Assembly: GCA_963663225.1 (NCBI GenBank)
Contig: OY760142.1
Coordinates: 672,001-736,000 of the forward strand
DNA: 64,000 bases
Reading direction: 5' to 3'
Origin: Nitrospirota bacterium
GTDB taxonomy: Bacteria > Nitrospirota > UBA9217
In this document: one piece after another, positions 40,465-48,965 of the stretch
Numbering within the stretch: position 1 is the first letter of the stretch
Layout: each line of letters opens with the position of its first letter
The notes under the pieces: generated by a model
What the model saw: only the letters and a program-made list of their open reading frames with translations
What the model was told of the DNA's origin: nothing
Database searches by the model: none
Translations under genes and position numbers: made by a program

Positions 40465-41100
40465 TTATATGACGGCATCGACGATCGTTCGAATGGTTGC
40501 CTGTATTGAATCCATTGATAACGATGCATCCACAATCCGAACTCGGTCTGGTTCTCGACCGGCCAATGCAAGATACCCTTGTCTTACTCGCTCATGAAAT
40601 GCTATTTTTTCGTTCTCAAACCGGGACTCCGCCTCAAGCCCGCAACAGGCATTTCTCTTGTGTGCCCGCTCGACTCCTTCGCCGGCATCAATATCAAGAA
40701 GAATAGTAAGATCGGGACGGATTCCGGCTGTTACAATCCGGTCTATTTCGCCGATCATTTCCTGCGAAAGACCCCGTCCATAGCCCTGATAGGCAAGCGT
40801 TGCGTCCGAGAAGCGATCACACAGAACAATCTTGCCTGCTGCACGCGCGGGATAAATAACTTCGTGCAGATGTTGCGCTCTGCTCGCCGCATAGAGAAGA
40901 AGTTCCGCAGCAGGATTCAGCGCTGTGTTCTCCGGGTTGAGCAAAATTTTTCTCACCTGGTCGCCGATCGGCGTTCCGCCCGGTTCCCGGGTGAGCATAA
41001 CTTCCTTGCCCCCGGACTTCAGATAGTTTGCAAGCAGGATTATTTGGGTGGATTTCCCGGAGCCTTCGATCCCCTCGAAGGTAATGAACCTTCCCTTCAT
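40465..41100 (-). CDS. tmk: Thymidylate kinase
   Basis: FEGIEGSGKST, TREPGG, CDRF, AYQGYGRG, PDLT. Confidence 0.97.
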   Translation of the reverse strand: MKGRFITFEGIEGSGKSTQIILLANYLKSGGKEVMLTREPGGTPIGDQVRKILLNPENTALNPAAELLLYAASRAQHLHEVIYPARAAGKIVLCDRFSDATLAYQGYGRGLSQEMIGEIDRIVTAGIRPDLTILLDIDAGEGVERAHKRNACCGLEAESRFENEKIAFHERVRQGYLALAGREPDRVRIVDASLSMDSIQATIRTIVDAVI

Positions 41101-43004
41101 TATTTAAGCTCCGAAAAAACATCTCCCTCTGTTTTGAGGGCAGCGTTCGAGGAAAACAAGAGAACCTGCGTCTTGGAGCCGAGGGAGCGGAGAACCTGAT
41201 ATGCGGCTTTCTGACGTGCGAAATCGAAGCCCGCAAGCGGGTCGTCCAACAAAACCGGCATCCGGAGCTTCCCCACAAGGGCCTCAATCAGCCCGATTCG
41301 AAGGCAGAAATAGACAAGATCTCGGGTGCCATGGCTCTGGTCTTCAAACCTGATGACGGAATCGTTCTTTGCGTGAACAAGCGGCGGTCCGCCGTTCTGC
41401 CCCATATCCACCCTGACATATTTACCGTTGGTGATTGCTATGAGGTTTCTCTGGGCTGCAGCTTCTACCGCAGGCACCAGTGTTTCCAGTTCTATTCCTC
41501 CGATTCTACTGGCAACTTCAAGCTCAACGGTGAATCCTCCCTGTTTTCCGCTTGCAGGCGGAGCAGAGAAGTCCGCCGTCAAATCCGGCATTTCTGCAGT
41601 AAAATCCCAGGATGGCTCCGAAGGAAGCGCCGAGCCCTCAATCCGTTCGATGTCCTGACGTATGGCATAGGTATCCACGTTATATTGGGCTACAGCTCGC
41701 GCCGCCTTCTCCAGATCAAGCGCTTCCTGCTGCCGCTTATTGTATTCCTGCTGCAGCGCTTCCGGGTCGGCATCGTTGACAAGTCGGAGGCGCTGCTCTT
41801 CAATATCCGCTCGAAGCGAAGAAAAATAACGATAATTATCTGCTTTTTCTTTCAAGTCTCCCGGAGTGGAGGCGCCCACCGCCTTCATGCTGGCATATAA
41901 AGACGCATCTTCCTGATCCTTGCGCTTCTCCAAATCGTTGCGATCTTTCTCCAGCCCATCCAGCTCCTTCGCGAGTGAACTGCGCCGCACGTTTTTACGG
42001 GAGCCGTTATACCACGCAGCCGCCATCAACCCCGCTGCCAGGAGAACACCAAGCGGAAAAAAATGTTTATACTCCTCCGTAAGCAAGAACACTCCTGCAG
42101 CAATCGAAATAACCCCCAATACAATGCCGCCGATAAACAATTTATCGGTGACAAGATTTACCGAGGGGATGCCGGCAAGCTGAATCCTCAATCCTTCCAT
42201 CTGTTTGTTCAGGTCCTCTGTTTCGACCAGTCTTTGCCCGTGAAGCCGTTCATGTGTCTCAACAAGCTCGTGCAGGTTTTGCGGCAATGTTGCGCAGGCT
42301 TTAAGCTCATCAAGCTTTGCGTCGAGCTCCTTTTTCTTCTGATCTATGTCTTCGATAGACGCAAGTTTTTTGCGTATCTCGTCAAGAGCAATTTTAGCCG
42401 ACTGCGCCCGGTATTCAGCATCTGCGGCGTCCTCAGCTTTTTTGAGCGCCTCGCGGAGCTCGGCAAGCCTCGCCTGGTCTGCGACTGGCTGCCTGACTGG
42501 AGAGCCAATGGGTTTTGCCGGTTGTGTACGCGGCGCCAGTACAGGCGCAGATGCAGGCTGAGCAGACCGGTCTGCATAGTGGTCTCTCTTGAGAATAAAA
42601 ATTTTTGAAAAATCCTCTTCCGACATGCCGGTGGTAAGTGTGGCCATGAATGCTTCTGCATCGTTCCAGTCTTTATGAAGAAGGGCAAATTCCTTCTTTC
42701 CCGGATCATATTTGGAAAGGTTGACCGCCTGCTTTGAAAAATCCTGGATAATACGGTAATAGGCCCCATCGCCGGAAAACAACACCAGTGCCCCACGCGA
42801 GGCGTCAGGCTTCTGCCGTGACACAAGCGCGTCCATCGGCCCAGGCTGGCTGCTGGGAAAAAGCAGCCGTTTCGTGGTCTCCACTGCAGTGGTCTTCCCC
42901 GCTTCATTTCCGGCAGCTACAAAATTAAACCCGCTTTGAAATCTTAACCGTGCGAGTTCCCGAAAGCCGCGGATTCCCTGCATAACAAGTTCAACCAGGA
43001 ACAT
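41100..43004 (-). CDS. SMC/Rad50-like (YhaN-type) coiled-coil ATPase with central TM hairpin
   Basis: Walker A GNEAGKT; coiled coils; two hydrophobic helices; signature-like QSHGTRD; Walker B LLDDP; promoter TTGCAA-17-TATAGT and SD support start 43004. Confidence 0.8.
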   Translation of the reverse strand: MFLVELVMQGIRGFRELARLRFQSGFNFVAAGNEAGKTTAVETTKRLLFPSSQPGPMDALVSRQKPDASRGALVLFSGDGAYYRIIQDFSKQAVNLSKYDPGKKEFALLHKDWNDAEAFMATLTTGMSEEDFSKIFILKRDHYADRSAQPASAPVLAPRTQPAKPIGSPVRQPVADQARLAELREALKKAEDAADAEYRAQSAKIALDEIRKKLASIEDIDQKKKELDAKLDELKACATLPQNLHELVETHERLHGQRLVETEDLNKQMEGLRIQLAGIPSVNLVTDKLFIGGIVLGVISIAAGVFLLTEEYKHFFPLGVLLAAGLMAAAWYNGSRKNVRRSSLAKELDGLEKDRNDLEKRKDQEDASLYASMKAVGASTPGDLKEKADNYRYFSSLRADIEEQRLRLVNDADPEALQQEYNKRQQEALDLEKAARAVAQYNVDTYAIRQDIERIEGSALPSEPSWDFTAEMPDLTADFSAPPASGKQGGFTVELEVASRIGGIELETLVPAVEAAAQRNLIAITNGKYVRVDMGQNGGPPLVHAKNDSVIRFEDQSHGTRDLVYFCLRIGLIEALVGKLRMPVLLDDPLAGFDFARQKAAYQVLRSLGSKTQVLLFSSNAALKTEGDVFSELK

Positions 43005-43178
43005 AATAATGCCCCTTTCCCTTGATATTTTGCTACTATAACGCAAGTACACCGAAGTTGCAACAGGGAAATGGCTTCCTCTTCCGCAAAAAACTGATTG
43101 CAGACCGGACATTACAGGCGACCTGCACGCACCGGCTCGATAATCTCCGGCGCGATGTCATCATGCATGCCTGGCTTT

Positions 43179-44681
43179 TCATGAACGCTTTTGCAATATA
43201 TTTCCGAATAGCTCTGCTTCTTTGATTACTTCAAAATATTTATCTGTTGGATCCGAATCCCCAGTTACAAGCGCGCCTACCTGTACATGCTTTTTCCCAT
43301 CCTTGACCGTGATGGTGGCGGAGGCAATATTGAAATCCATATCGCCATTATTAGAAAAGTATCCAACAACACCGGCAAACAGACCGCGAGTTGCAGGTTC
43401 AAGTTCACCAGGAATTTCCATGCAATGCGCTTCTGGATCATCCGTTCTCATCGCTCCCGAAAATGCCGCAGAGATGAGGTCAACACTATTTCTGCCTTGT
43501 TTTAGAACGCCTTGCATGGTCGAAGCCGTGCTGCATTTTTTGTCGGGACCGGTCCTTTCTCTTTTGTTTACAATGATACTGCCGGGGTTGAGCATGGCGC
43601 CCAAGCCGTTGTTTTCAGCATACCTGTGCACAATGGTATGGGCAGGCTGTTCTATGATTTTTCCCGCAGCACCACCTTGCGGATGTGTCATTGTCGGCAA
43701 TTTCACATCAACAATTCCATCATGACATCGCACAAGGCGGTCATGCGAAAAGCTTACGGTCTGCAGATCTTTAAAATCAAAATGCGCGACGGAAGACGAT
43801 GCATCGCTCTTGTGCAGTATCGTGTGCAGTTGAAGAACATCCTGAGAATCTGTCGCAGCCGAAAACCGCAGAGACACAGTCGGTCGGCAAAGGTTTCCTT
43901 TCAGAATGGAGTCTTTGCATCTTCTCACCCTGTTTTCAAATTCAGACCTGGTAAGATCGGGAATGAGCGGACCAGCATTTCTCGTATCGTCGCTGGCCGG
44001 GAAAACAGCCCGCATTTCTGTTTTCGACGCTTTCTCAAGTTTTTGGGCAACATCTGCAATCCGAGAAACTGCTTCATCATAGTACCGCTCACCTTGTTCA
44101 GGAGCGGGGCGTCGGAACCCCAGCTCCTGCTCGCGGGCTCCTGGGTTTACGATTATCCATGCCTTATCCCGGCTATGGTCAAAAGCAAGAACCATATCAA
44201 CGAAGGCAAAGTAGGTCTCCGGAATTTTGATGTCCGTTTTTGCACTACGCGATACAGCGCTATGCTGTCGTGCAAAATCATACGAAAAAAGACCTATGGC
44301 GCCGCCGGTGAAAGGTGGAAGGCCGGCAATGCGTTCGGTTTGATAATTTGACAGAAGTTCCTTTAGCTTTTCCAGCGGCTTACGCCTCATTGTCGCCCGT
44401 TTTCCATATTTACCTGCAGGCGTTTCAGGCAAGCTGATTTCTACTTCATCACCATATGATTTGAAGATAAGATATGGATTTTCCGACACGAAAGAGTATC
44501 TTTTTGCCTCCTTGCAATCCGGGATGCTTTCGAAAAATATGGAATATCCTTCCGAGCTCAAGGATTCAAGCGCCGAAATAGGCGTAAGCCCCGGAAAGCC
44601 GATCTCTGCGTAAATGGGCAGCATTATTCCCGTTTTGATGGAATTGAGAAAATCTATTTTTTGCGGCCTGAGTGTATGCAT
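43179..44681 (-). CDS. Degenerate anthranilate/ADC synthase component I homologue (probable pseudoenzyme)
   Basis: N-domain FFES, RYSF, PPFTGGAIG.FSYD intact; C-terminal chorismate/Mg motifs heavily substituted; promoter TTGACC-17-TAAAAT at 44721-44693. Confidence 0.8.
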   Translation of the reverse strand: MHTLRPQKIDFLNSIKTGIMLPIYAEIGFPGLTPISALESLSSEGYSIFFESIPDCKEAKRYSFVSENPYLIFKSYGDEVEISLPETPAGKYGKRATMRRKPLEKLKELLSNYQTERIAGLPPFTGGAIGLFSYDFARQHSAVSRSAKTDIKIPETYFAFVDMVLAFDHSRDKAWIIVNPGAREQELGFRRPAPEQGERYYDEAVSRIADVAQKLEKASKTEMRAVFPASDDTRNAGPLIPDLTRSEFENRVRRCKDSILKGNLCRPTVSLRFSAATDSQDVLQLHTILHKSDASSSVAHFDFKDLQTVSFSHDRLVRCHDGIVDVKLPTMTHPQGGAAGKIIEQPAHTIVHRYAENNGLGAMLNPGSIIVNKRERTGPDKKCSTASTMQGVLKQGRNSVDLISAAFSGAMRTDDPEAHCMEIPGELEPATRGLFAGVVGYFSNNGDMDFNIASATITVKDGKKHVQVGALVTGDSDPTDKYFEVIKEAELFGNILQKRS

Positions 44682-44736
44682 GGCTGGAAGGAATTTTAGT
44701 TGCAAACAAGAAGAGGGTCAAGATAATTCTATAAAA

Positions 44737-44765
44737 TTCACCTATCCTGAAAAATATGCTATACT
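44737..44765 (+). promoter_or_regulatory. sigma70 promoter driving the candidate ncRNA
   Basis: TTCACC (44737-42), 17 bp, TATACT (44760-65), with extended -10 TG at 44757-58. Confidence 0.65.
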
Positions 44766-44771
44766 ATAAGT

Positions 44772-45138
44772 AAGCTATTTCTTGCTGGATCGTAAGCTCT
44801 TTGAGAAGTTCAAGGGTTGTTGGGCGTTGCCGAACCATCACCGATAGGTGTACAGATGGTAACCCGTTATAAAGTGGAATAGGTACCGTTCTGGCGAATT
44901 ACCGAACCGGCAAGAGAGCTGCTAGTTGGGCAGTAACTCTCCCGGTTGTTTTACAGGTTTCCACCAGGACGGAAGAACTGAATGCCACTAAGCTTCGATT
45001 TCGTATAAGCGGGGAAGTTCTATATACACGAAGCTTCACAGGGTCTGCAGTGCGGAGCCGCAGAAGCAGGTTGTTCTTCCTGACAGCTGCCGAAGCTCAG
45101 CGGAATACCAATACAGGTTCGATGGCAACGCCTTTTTT
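44772..45138 (+). ncRNA. Candidate large structured non-coding RNA (unassigned family)
   Basis: No ORF >=60 aa; closing helix GGCGTTGCC/GGCAACGCC followed by T6; at least 6 nested internal helices; own promoter; the downstream gene has a separate promoter. Confidence 0.65.
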
Positions 45139-45202
45139 ATTGTGACATTAGAAGTGCACTAGAGCCGTTTCCCTACCTTAATAATTACCCCTCATCTTTT
45201 CC

Positions 45203-45231
45203 TCGACAAAATAACAGAAATATTTTACACT
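45203..45231 (+). promoter_or_regulatory. sigma70 promoter of the thioesterase-methyltransferase operon
   Basis: TCGACA-17-TACACT. Confidence 0.6.
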
Positions 45232-45274
45232 GGCTTAGTTTTTTCAAAACCTATCTTCTCCGAGACTAAACGAT

Positions 45275-45667
45275 ATGAACCATATCATGGAAATAAAAAT
45301 CTATTATGAAGACACGGATTGCGGAAATGTCGTATACTACGCAAATTATCTTCGCTACATGGAGCGGGCAAGAACCGAATACATGGCTGCCCGAGGATCA
45401 TCGATCAAAACGCTTATGGAGCAAGGATCGCTGTTCATGATCCTTCACGCAGAGGTTGATTATCGCTCACCCGCACATCTTGGTGACATCCTGGTTGTGG
45501 AAACCTGGGTTACGGAAACCACCGGTGCTACGATCACCTTCCAGCATACCATGAAAGAGAAAACAACAAACAGGCTTATCACGGAATGCAAGGCAACCGC
45601 CGTCTGTGTGGATGCAACCGGCAAACCAAAAAAAATCCCCCGCCAAGCACTGGAGAACCTGCGGTGA
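45275..45667 (+). CDS. YbgC/FadM-family acyl-CoA thioesterase (hotdog fold)
   Basis: YYEDTDCGNVVYYANYLRYMERARTE motif. Confidence 0.92.
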   Translation: MNHIMEIKIYYEDTDCGNVVYYANYLRYMERARTEYMAARGSSIKTLMEQGSLFMILHAEVDYRSPAHLGDILVVETWVTETTGATITFQHTMKEKTTNRLITECKATAVCVDATGKPKKIPRQALENLR

Positions 45668-46392
45668 AAGAAGCGATTGCCGACACCATCTCGCTACGAG
45701 GAGCCGGCATTGTATCAATTCTGCAGCCAAAAAAGGGGCATCGTTTCACGCTTGACAGCCTTCTGCTCGCTGATTTCTGTCGTGTTAAACCTCGCTACAA
45801 CGTGCTTGAGCCTGGTGCTGGAACTGGCATCATCTCCATCCTCCTCGCAAGAAAATTCGCACACATAAAAATTACCGCCGTCGAAATACAATCAACAATG
45901 GCGGAGCTTTGCCGTTTGAATATTACCCAAAACGGCCTTACTGACCGTATAACCCTCGTCGAACAACCCATCACGAATTTGCGGAATTTTTTTCATCCAT
46001 CATCCTTCGATCTTATTGTCGCCAATCCACCCTATTTTCGAACAGGCGCCGGAAAGCAAAGCCCTTCACCTGAACGCTTTTTTTCACGCCATGACCGATT
46101 CGCCTCTCTGGATGTATGGCTTGATCTTCGGTTTTTTTTAAAAAATAACGGCCGGTTTGTTCTCGTTTTTTCAGCGGATCGTTTCGCAGATGCTATCACC
46201 TCGCTTCGGGTTCGCGGTCTAGAACCCAAGTGCATACGCTTCGTTCACTCCCGGCAGGAAAAATCGGCGTACCTTGTTCTGATCGAAGCGGTAAAGGCTG
46301 CCGGAACAGGTCTTGCAGTGCTTCCCCCGCTGATTATTCATGCATGCGGTCAAAACTATTCAGAGGAAATGAAAGAGCTCTATGGTTTATAA
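45664..46392 (+). CDS. tRNA1(Val) A37 N6-methyltransferase-like (TrmN6/YfiC family)
   Basis: QPKKGHRFTLDSLLL, EPGAGTG, ANPPY; GTGA overlap start with SD GGAGA. Confidence 0.85.
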   Translation: MKEAIADTISLRGAGIVSILQPKKGHRFTLDSLLLADFCRVKPRYNVLEPGAGTGIISILLARKFAHIKITAVEIQSTMAELCRLNITQNGLTDRITLVEQPITNLRNFFHPSSFDLIVANPPYFRTGAGKQSPSPERFFSRHDRFASLDVWLDLRFFLKNNGRFVLVFSADRFADAITSLRVRGLEPKCIRFVHSRQEKSAYLVLIEAVKAAGTGLAVLPPLIIHACGQNYSEEMKELYGL

Positions 46393-46590
46393 TATTGCGG
46401 TTCTCACAACATAACCCTTTCATAAATAGTCTTTTTTGGTCTATCTTGATTTTACCAGTAATCTCTGATAAGGTGCTCTCAATAATGGAAGTTACCATTA
46501 TATCCCGCGGATGATAGTGGCGGAGACCGGTTTTCTCGATGCGAAAATCTATGTATTGCGGCATTGCGGTCTTACGATAAGGAGATGGAT

Positions 46591-47316
46591 ATGCGATTAC
46601 CGCTTGGAATACTGTTGATTTTGTTTCTTCTTCTTCCCGCATGTGCCGGGCCTCAGCCTGCACCATCGTGGAGTCTCAGCTATACACCTCCTGCTCATCG
46701 CGCCGTCTTCCGGGATACCATATCAATCTTGCTCATAAAACCGGTCTTTACGGGCTTGCAACAAGTAAGTGATAACGAGAGCGAACAACCCGGCCCTGCT
46801 GATACAATTGCACAAGCTTATAACACTGACTTTTGTTTGCGTCTGCAGGAAGCTATACAATCGGATATGGAAAAGATTTTCAAAATAAGAGGAATTACCA
46901 CAATTCATGTTGCCGATTCAGTTGAGCAGCTAACGCCTGGAGACAAGCAGAAAGCAGACATTGTGGTTACAACCAGTTTCAGCTTTGGGCCTCAGATAAA
47001 TAATTCACAAACGATATATCGCTACTTTGGCGGAGAGTCAATTGTTGCAAATACAGGCACTTTACAATTTGCCGGAACCGTCACCGTTGAATTTTTCGAT
47101 CCACGGTCAAACAATAAAGTCTTCACGAGGACGGTAGACGCGGCTTCTCTCAGCGCTAATACAACTGTCGAGTATGAAAACCAGAGTGAAGCAGAAAAAA
47201 AATTCAAAGATCAACTGAGCAGGATTTATCCGGGTTTAATGGAGAAAATTGAGAAAAGCATAACTGCCGACGATTTACAAGTTGTCTTAAAAAAGATCCG
47301 AAGTCGTACCGAATAA
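46591..47316 (+). CDS. HpaA-like lipoprotein
   Basis: LPAC lipobox; ILLIKP, LTPGDK, GTVTVEFFDPRS, LSRIY..LMEKIEK pattern reminiscent of Helicobacter HpaA. Confidence 0.6.
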   Translation: MRLPLGILLILFLLLPACAGPQPAPSWSLSYTPPAHRAVFRDTISILLIKPVFTGLQQVSDNESEQPGPADTIAQAYNTDFCLRLQEAIQSDMEKIFKIRGITTIHVADSVEQLTPGDKQKADIVVTTSFSFGPQINNSQTIYRYFGGESIVANTGTLQFAGTVTVEFFDPRSNNKVFTRTVDAASLSANTTVEYENQSEAEKKFKDQLSRIYPGLMEKIEKSITADDLQVVLKKIRSRTE

Positions 47317-47859
47317 GTCCGCAAGCTTGATACAATGACCGGTTTGCAATATACTGAAACAAAAATCGATTATTCTTGTCGGACACCTCCTGCCTTTTCT
47401 CGATCAAATTAGCATCTGATCGAATACATCTGTTTTCTATTTTGCCGTCCGGCCTTATCGTTTTCAACAGTTCCGTTGACTTTCCACACACGCTGTTGAA
47501 AACCTGTTACTAATCCTGTGAAACTGTTTTCATCGTGCGCTGCCAATGCGTATCGTATGGAAACTGCTTAAGACAGTGGCACTGGTGTACCAAAAAATTT
47601 AACCAACTAAATATTATCCGAAAAAAGGAGCATATCGAGAATAAACTTATCGAATGGCGCGGCATTCTTTTGCTTGAACGTTCGTGTGATTATTCATTTA
47701 CAGCGCTTGCCACAAAAACCTGAAATATAAACTGCCGCACACGCGCACACGTAGAACTTATCCAGAAAGGAAAGACCAGGATAGTAGATGCAGATTTAGG
47801 AAGGATTAACCTCTGTAGCAAACCAGTTTTTATAAATCCAGCTTGTTCTTAAAGCTTGT

Positions 47860-48288
47860 TCAGCAGGCTCCATTAATCGGCTGGACCGGTGAAACCATGC
47901 AGGAAGTTTCCGGACTTTTTTGCCCCAATGCTTCAATTGCCATTTCTGCGATGTCCTCAAAGTGAAAGGGTTTCTCAATACACCGCATAATTCCCGTTTT
48001 CTGCACCAGCAACTCTAAATCAAGCGACCAGGAACCGGTCATAATAATCACTGGTATTGAAGGGTGGTTTTTTTTAGCATATTCAATAACCTGATACCCG
48101 TCTACATTCGGCATCTCCAGGTCTGTCAGGATGAGACTCACAGAATTGGATTTGGACTGCAGTATTTCAATTGCCTTTTCACCATCTTCAGCCGTTAAAA
48201 TATTAAAATTCCTTAACGTTAAACCAAAAAATGATGAAAGTGAATGAAGAATCATTCGGTTGTCATCCACAATGAGAATACTATCCAT
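47860..48288 (-). CDS. Single-domain response regulator (CheY-like)
   Basis: ILIVDD, TDLEMP, IMTG, EKPF; SD AAGGAG. Confidence 0.9.
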   Translation of the reverse strand: MDSILIVDDNRMILHSLSSFFGLTLRNFNILTAEDGEKAIEILQSKSNSVSLILTDLEMPNVDGYQVIEYAKKNHPSIPVIIMTGSWSLDLELLVQKTGIMRCIEKPFHFEDIAEMAIEALGQKSPETSCMVSPVQPINGAC

Positions 48289-48936
48289 ACTTCTATCTCC
48301 TTTGGTAAGTCTGAAAAAAAGCTACCCTGCTGTTGCAATCGTGCAAATTTAGCACTTTATTATGTTTCTTGCTGAAAAATATAACATAACTTGTTGTAAA
48401 AATTACATTTATTTTTTCAAGGTTCCAATTAGCAAATTTATTTTTAAATATACCATATTAAAAAGTAAAAAGTAAATCACCAAATATGGGTATTTTTTAT
48501 GGTGTACAAAAAAAACAGTTTGCAATTTTATGTGCATTCTAAATTCCCTGTTTCTCCCCCTGATTCTTATGATTTTTATGCAGCATATTTTGTTGGTAAA
48601 GTACTATTTATGCCACCAGTATTAATTAGATTAGTACTTGTTCATAATAAGTTCAAGACTAAATTAAACATCAGATCTATGGCGATAATAAAACATAAAA
48701 ATGCATTTTTAGAAACTCTTTATACGAATGTATATCCTTTTTTCATGCTCAATAAATTCGTCACCCAAATAGCCACGTATTACGATGACTCCTTTTTAAA
48801 AGCTATTGTATTTTATGACTCCGATCATGAAATATCAATATTTACATATTATTATTGAGTTTTTTTGCGGCTCTAGCATACCGAAAATCTGCCCAAAAAT
48901 TAGTGGCTAAATTGGTACTTTACCCTTAAAAAAAGC

Positions 48937-48965
48937 TTGACACTCTGCCAGAAAATCTCTATCAT
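48937..48965 (+). promoter_or_regulatory. sigma70 promoter of lctP copy 1
   Basis: TTGACA-17-TATCAT; implies a ~270-nt 5' UTR. Confidence 0.7.

Noticed and set aside
44864-44935. T-box-like fragments (CCGTTA, GGTACCG, AGAGAGCTG)
   Set aside because: The order is reversed relative to T-box leaders, there is no UGGN antiterminator bulge near the U-tract, and the downstream gene is not amino-acid related.
44955-44966. CCACCA inside the structured RNA, suggesting tmRNA or tRNA (including permuted tmRNA)
   Set aside because: No T-arm (GGTTCGA..CC) precedes it, and no GGGGC acceptor 5' strand or tag reading frame was found.
45039-45070. CAGG...AAGCAG resembling SRP RNA helix 8
   Set aside because: Lacks the CC-GRAA-GG tetraloop stem and the correct spacing.
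47535-47852. ORF ending in TGA with an open frame continuing (possible Sec readthrough), and a TGGCGC/TTGC sigma54-like site at ~47654
   Set aside because: No recognisable protein, SD or SECIS-like hairpin; the -24/-12 spacing is off.
48499-48858. 119-aa ORF in very AT-rich DNA
   Set aside because: F/Y/K/I-rich composition typical of chance ORFs, no SD; more likely the regulatory region between divergent genes.
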